Source: the human T2T-CHM13v2.0 reference genome, Homo sapiens
Assembly: GCF_009914755.1 (NCBI RefSeq)
Contig: NC_060925.1
Reading direction: 5' to 3' (one strand)
DNA: 64,000 nucleotides
The first letter of the stretch is position 1; each line of letters opens with the position of its first letter. Positions 59,200-64,000 of the stretch are shown piece after piece. The notes under the pieces are model-generated. The model saw only the letters and a list, made by a program, of their open reading frames with translations, ran no database searches and was not told the DNA's origin. Both the position numbers and the translations under genes were made by a program.

Positions 59200-59380
59200 G
59201 TTATGCAGCATTATTGGTACAGTTAGGTATTATTTCATTTACTCCTCACAACAGCCCTGAAAGGCAGGTAATGTTTCCACACTTTCCAGATAAGAAAACT
59301 GAGGTTGAGTAAGTAACCCAAGACCATCAAAAAATGCTGAAACTCTAGATGTGCCTGATTCCAAATCTTTCACTTATGTA
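59200..59380 (-). mobile_element. MIR
   Basis: cctcacaacagccctga...cagataagaaaactgagg..aagtaacccaag. Confidence 0.8.
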
Positions 59381-60083
59381 ACACATTTCAATTCTATGAT
59401 GAAAAGTAAAAACAAACAAAAAATTACACAGATAAGAAAGATGTGTCCCAAAGTGAGAGAAACCAAAATTCTATATTTTGTGTAAGAAAATTTATTTTAT
59501 TATAATATTTACTCTAGAGATTACATATTGTACTACAACTTCATTAATGTTTAGAAGTTAAAACACTTTAAGAAATAATGAAAGAATGTTCTGAAGTTCT
59601 TAGAAGAATATATTTAGCTTTGTGATTTATGCTCCTTTATTTTTCTCTCCCTCCCTATTTTCCTGTCTTAATTTTTTGAATTCTCTAATTCTGTGTAGCT
59701 TTTGCATGGCAATATTGAGATTATCTTTTGGAAATGACTTTCAGTTGGTGTTCTCAAAGTATTTCTCTTATTGGAAGATAAAACTGAAGAGCAGGGAAAA
59801 ATGTTTTTCATTGTTCTCCAGTTAGGATATAACTTTCTTTCTGCTAATACATTCTATCCACATTGACTCCATGCCATTAATTATTGGTACTAGCTAATAT
59901 CTGACTTTCACAACTTTCACCCTAATAATAACATATTAAAGTTTCCTAAGTCAGAATTTAAGGGACAGAACCTATGTCTCTGGGGAAAAAGAAGTTTGAT
60001 CCATTCATATACAATTGTGAAACCTTCTTACAGAAAATATTCACACTAGTCCCTTTGGTAGTTGTTTAAAAAAAATCCAAATG

Positions 60084-60450
<367 letters not shown>

Positions 60451-60966
60451 TTAACCTAACAATAAATAACAGAGTATATCTTTGCTAGCTATCACTTGGG
60501 CAAAGAGACTAGAACTTTTTGTATGTCAATGAATTATCTGGTGAAATTCGTAATAATTGTTCCTTCTTTTTAATTTGCTTATAAAAAGAAAAGTTTATAT
60601 ATTTAGTATTACCTAAAAAGATCTAGGCCCTAGTTCTTATTAGCAAAGAACAACATGAACATAATTAGTTGCTTATTAGAATTTCAAAAGTAACAATGAT
60701 TAAAAAGAAACCACAAACTTTTCTCTTTCTGCTTTATAATTGTATTTACTTAAGTAATTTGGGCTTGCCTTTGACTAAACTGTTTTATGTTCATTTTTTA
60801 TTGTCTGCTACCCGATAAATCCTGGTGAGGCACATTTCCTCCAGGAAAGACAACAGTCAATAATAGGAAGGCTTTTGGAAGACAATAATTAATTTTTTAT
60901 ATGTGACACTGACTTAGTTATTCCATTAGCAAGTGTTAAATATTTTCTATACCTGTATTTACTCAC

Positions 60967-61040
60967 CCACAAGTCCTAAAACAATGTAGCCAATAATACA
61001 CAGTAGGAAGATCATACAGCACAGAACATCTGTACAACTC
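60967..61040 (-). CDS. SLC44A5: SLC44A5 coding exon, 74 nt: (R)[24 protein letters not shown](A), first TM helix
   Basis: Minus strand ttttttgtctttag|GAGTTGT...CTTGTGG|gtgagt; hydrophobic helix; phase 2 to 1. Confidence 0.97.
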
Positions 61041-62855
61041 CTAAAGACAAAAAAAGAAATAAATAATTAAAAGAGGTCCCAAATGACTTCCTGTTTCCTG
61101 CACAAAATGAAGGAAGAGAGAAAAAGATAGTAATAGTGAGATGTTATTTCATAATTGCATATTTTATTCAATAATTTTGAAAGGTAGATCAGATGTATTT
61201 CTGCAAAGACATTAGCAGCCGTGGAGGGGCCATAGTTCCATGATTAATGAATATCCCTCAGAACTCTTAGTATTTGTTCTCTCTTATTTATTTGTAAAAT
61301 ATTTTTAAAGATTAGAGTATGCCAACATCAGATAGCCATTTTTTATTTGAAATTGTAATATAAGCTATTTGATTTTATGATTTTCTTCTTCATGCCTCCT
61401 TCACACATGGTATAAAATAGCCATTTCCCACCCTCTTCTTCTTCATTTTCTTCATACACATTATAGGGGTACTATTATTAGATAAAGGATTGACTACATT
61501 AACTTTCTATGGAGAACTGAGTTGTAACTATTCCAGGAACAAGGTATATAAAGCATTAAAAATAAAATGCCTCAAAAGTATAAGTTTTCTAGCTATTTCT
61601 GTAAGCTACACATTGTAAATGTAGGTTTAGAGGAAATCTGACTCACAGAGAGTCAGTGATTTGCTAAAGGTCAGAAGCCCAGCCAGGATCCAGCAGGGAT
61701 ACTCAAGGTTTTCAACTAAAGTATTTTCTATTCCCAATATTACATCTTGTTCAGCTTATAAGTGGTTTGGAAGGTCAAAGGTATGGCTTGAAAGTGAGCA
61801 GCAATACTGTCATTCTTTATTTGAAACTTAATGAGGACTCCGTTAGTAAAGAAAAAGATCAGCTCATTTGACAGAATTAAAAGTTGCACATGAGAATTTT
61901 CATAGTAAAAGTTATTGATCTTGAGGGCATACAGATATGCCCTAATCTTTTAGCACAGGCAGGTTGAAGTTACACACTTATTTTTTGAAGTGGTAAGTAA
62001 TGAATAATAATGGCACAGTAACAAACACACATTGATAAAGCCTGTTATACTTGTATTACTTTCAGAAACATAACCTTGAGAGATTCCTAAGAATATCTTT
62101 AGGCTATTATGGGTAGTAAAGTGAGTTCGCTTACTTAAGGTACGTGAAAGAGGTTCTTAAAGAAGGGGGCAAATATCTAGATCTCCAACGCCAAACCTTT
62201 TTCACTTATGAGTTATGTTAATATGATTGTAATTTTCTGCAAGGTTTTAAAATAGCTACATCTAAAATCAATTACACACATTCCTGTAATTCTTTACCTT
62301 GGAATAGGAAATGGATCTTTCATAGAGAAAGTTAACTGGTGGGCAAACCAGCAACAAACTGTCATTTGTTTAAATCTAGTTTCAACCCAGGAATTTTTAA
62401 TTTCATTTGAATTTAAGAATTATGAGAATAATAACAAGAGAAGAAAGCAGGTGCTCTAGTTTTTTTGTTTTTTTTTTTTTTTTTTTTTTTTTGGTTAACA
62501 ACCATTGTAAGCAAAAACACGCTTGGGTGTGAGCAGGGTATCTGTTTCACCTGCATTCTTACGTATCCTTCTTAATATTAGATTCTCAGTCTGTCAGAGC
62601 AGTTGTTACATACCTCAACACCGAATAGAAAATGCATACAGGTAAGAAACTCAGAGAGAAAAAACTAGAGCATAGATGTGCTTTAATTAGAAATCTTGCA
62701 TTTTTCAAAGCCCTGGTGTGTAATCATAACTACCAGGAAGCTGGAGAGAGGGATATAATCAGAAGCACCAGCCAGGGTGGCCTGCCATCCCGTCCTTATA
62801 TATCTATAATGTTATATGTTTGTATCATTTCTAATAATACATAATATAACACATA

Positions 62856-63418
62856 CAGTAGTCTCCCCTTATTCGCAAGGGAGGCATTCTAAGACCCCTA
62901 GTGAATGCCTGAACTGCGGATGGCCCCAAACCCTGTATTTTGTTTTTTCCTATACATGCAGACCTATGATAAAGTTTACTTTATAAATTAAGCACAATGA
63001 AGAAGTTAACAATAACTAATAATAAAATAGAAAAATTATAACAATATGCCGCATCACTACTCCTGTGCTTTGGAGCCATTATAAAGTAAAATCAGGGTTA
63101 CTTGAACACAAGCACTGCGATACTGAGACAGTTGATCTGACAAGCAAGATGGCTAGCAAGTGGCAAAAGGGCAGGCAGGTTAGGTGGCCTGGATAACGTG
63201 GATACAGTGGACAAAGAGATGATTCACATGCTGGGTGGGACAGAGTTTGATGGCATGAGATTTTATCCTGCTATTCAGAACAGTGGGCAATTTAAGACAT
63301 AAATTATTTATTTCTATAATTTTCTATTTCATATTTTCTGTGCATCACGGATGGCCACAGATGACCTCGGATAACTGAAACCTCAGAAAGCAAAACTTCA
63401 AATAAGGGAGAACAACTG
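62856..63418 (-). mobile_element. MER44B-like Tc1/mariner (Tigger) MITE
   Basis: TIRs cagtagtctccccttat / ataagggagaacaactg flanked by TA duplications. Confidence 0.88.
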
Positions 63419-63498
63419 TATTCATAATGACTCTATGTTACATACTATTATAAGGTTTTGTATTTATAATGCTACATAGTCAATGCAAGTAGAGGTAA

Positions 63499-63888
<390 letters not shown>

Positions 63889-64000
63889 GGAAGTTTTTTA
63901 AAAAGTAAAACCAACACTCTTTCACTACTTGCACTAATGAATTAGCATCAGTTGGTGTTTTGGTTCTATATAGGGTTTTACACTATAATTTATTTTTTAT

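Overview
Primate (human-like; carries an AluY) AT-rich genomic DNA from inside the SLC44A5 gene (choline transporter-like protein 5, CTL5), transcribed on the minus strand. Five short coding exons, none recovered by the ORF track, have canonical AG/GT sites and compatible phases: 61040-60967, 34937-34853, 11157-11073, 2875-2750, 1925-1865. They splice into 431 nt encoding (R)[143 protein letters not shown], the first TM helix and Cys-rich first loop of a CTL-family protein. The introns are mostly transposon fossils: a full-length dead L1PA7-like element nested in an internally deleted L1MA, a near-complete L1PB1 holding a complete THE1D and an ~860-bp AT-rich VNTR, HAL1, L2, MaLR/ERVL/Gypsy-like LTRs, MER DNA transposons and 8 Alus. 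Subfamily names come from recalled consensus sequences, not a RepeatMasker run. I see no convincing new biological system. The best second-look items are a polyadenylated mini-insert of unknown origin, an ancient templated duplication within an L2, the homogeneous 36-bp VNTR, candidate L1 3' transductions, and possible L1-antisense-promoter or antisense spliced transcripts.
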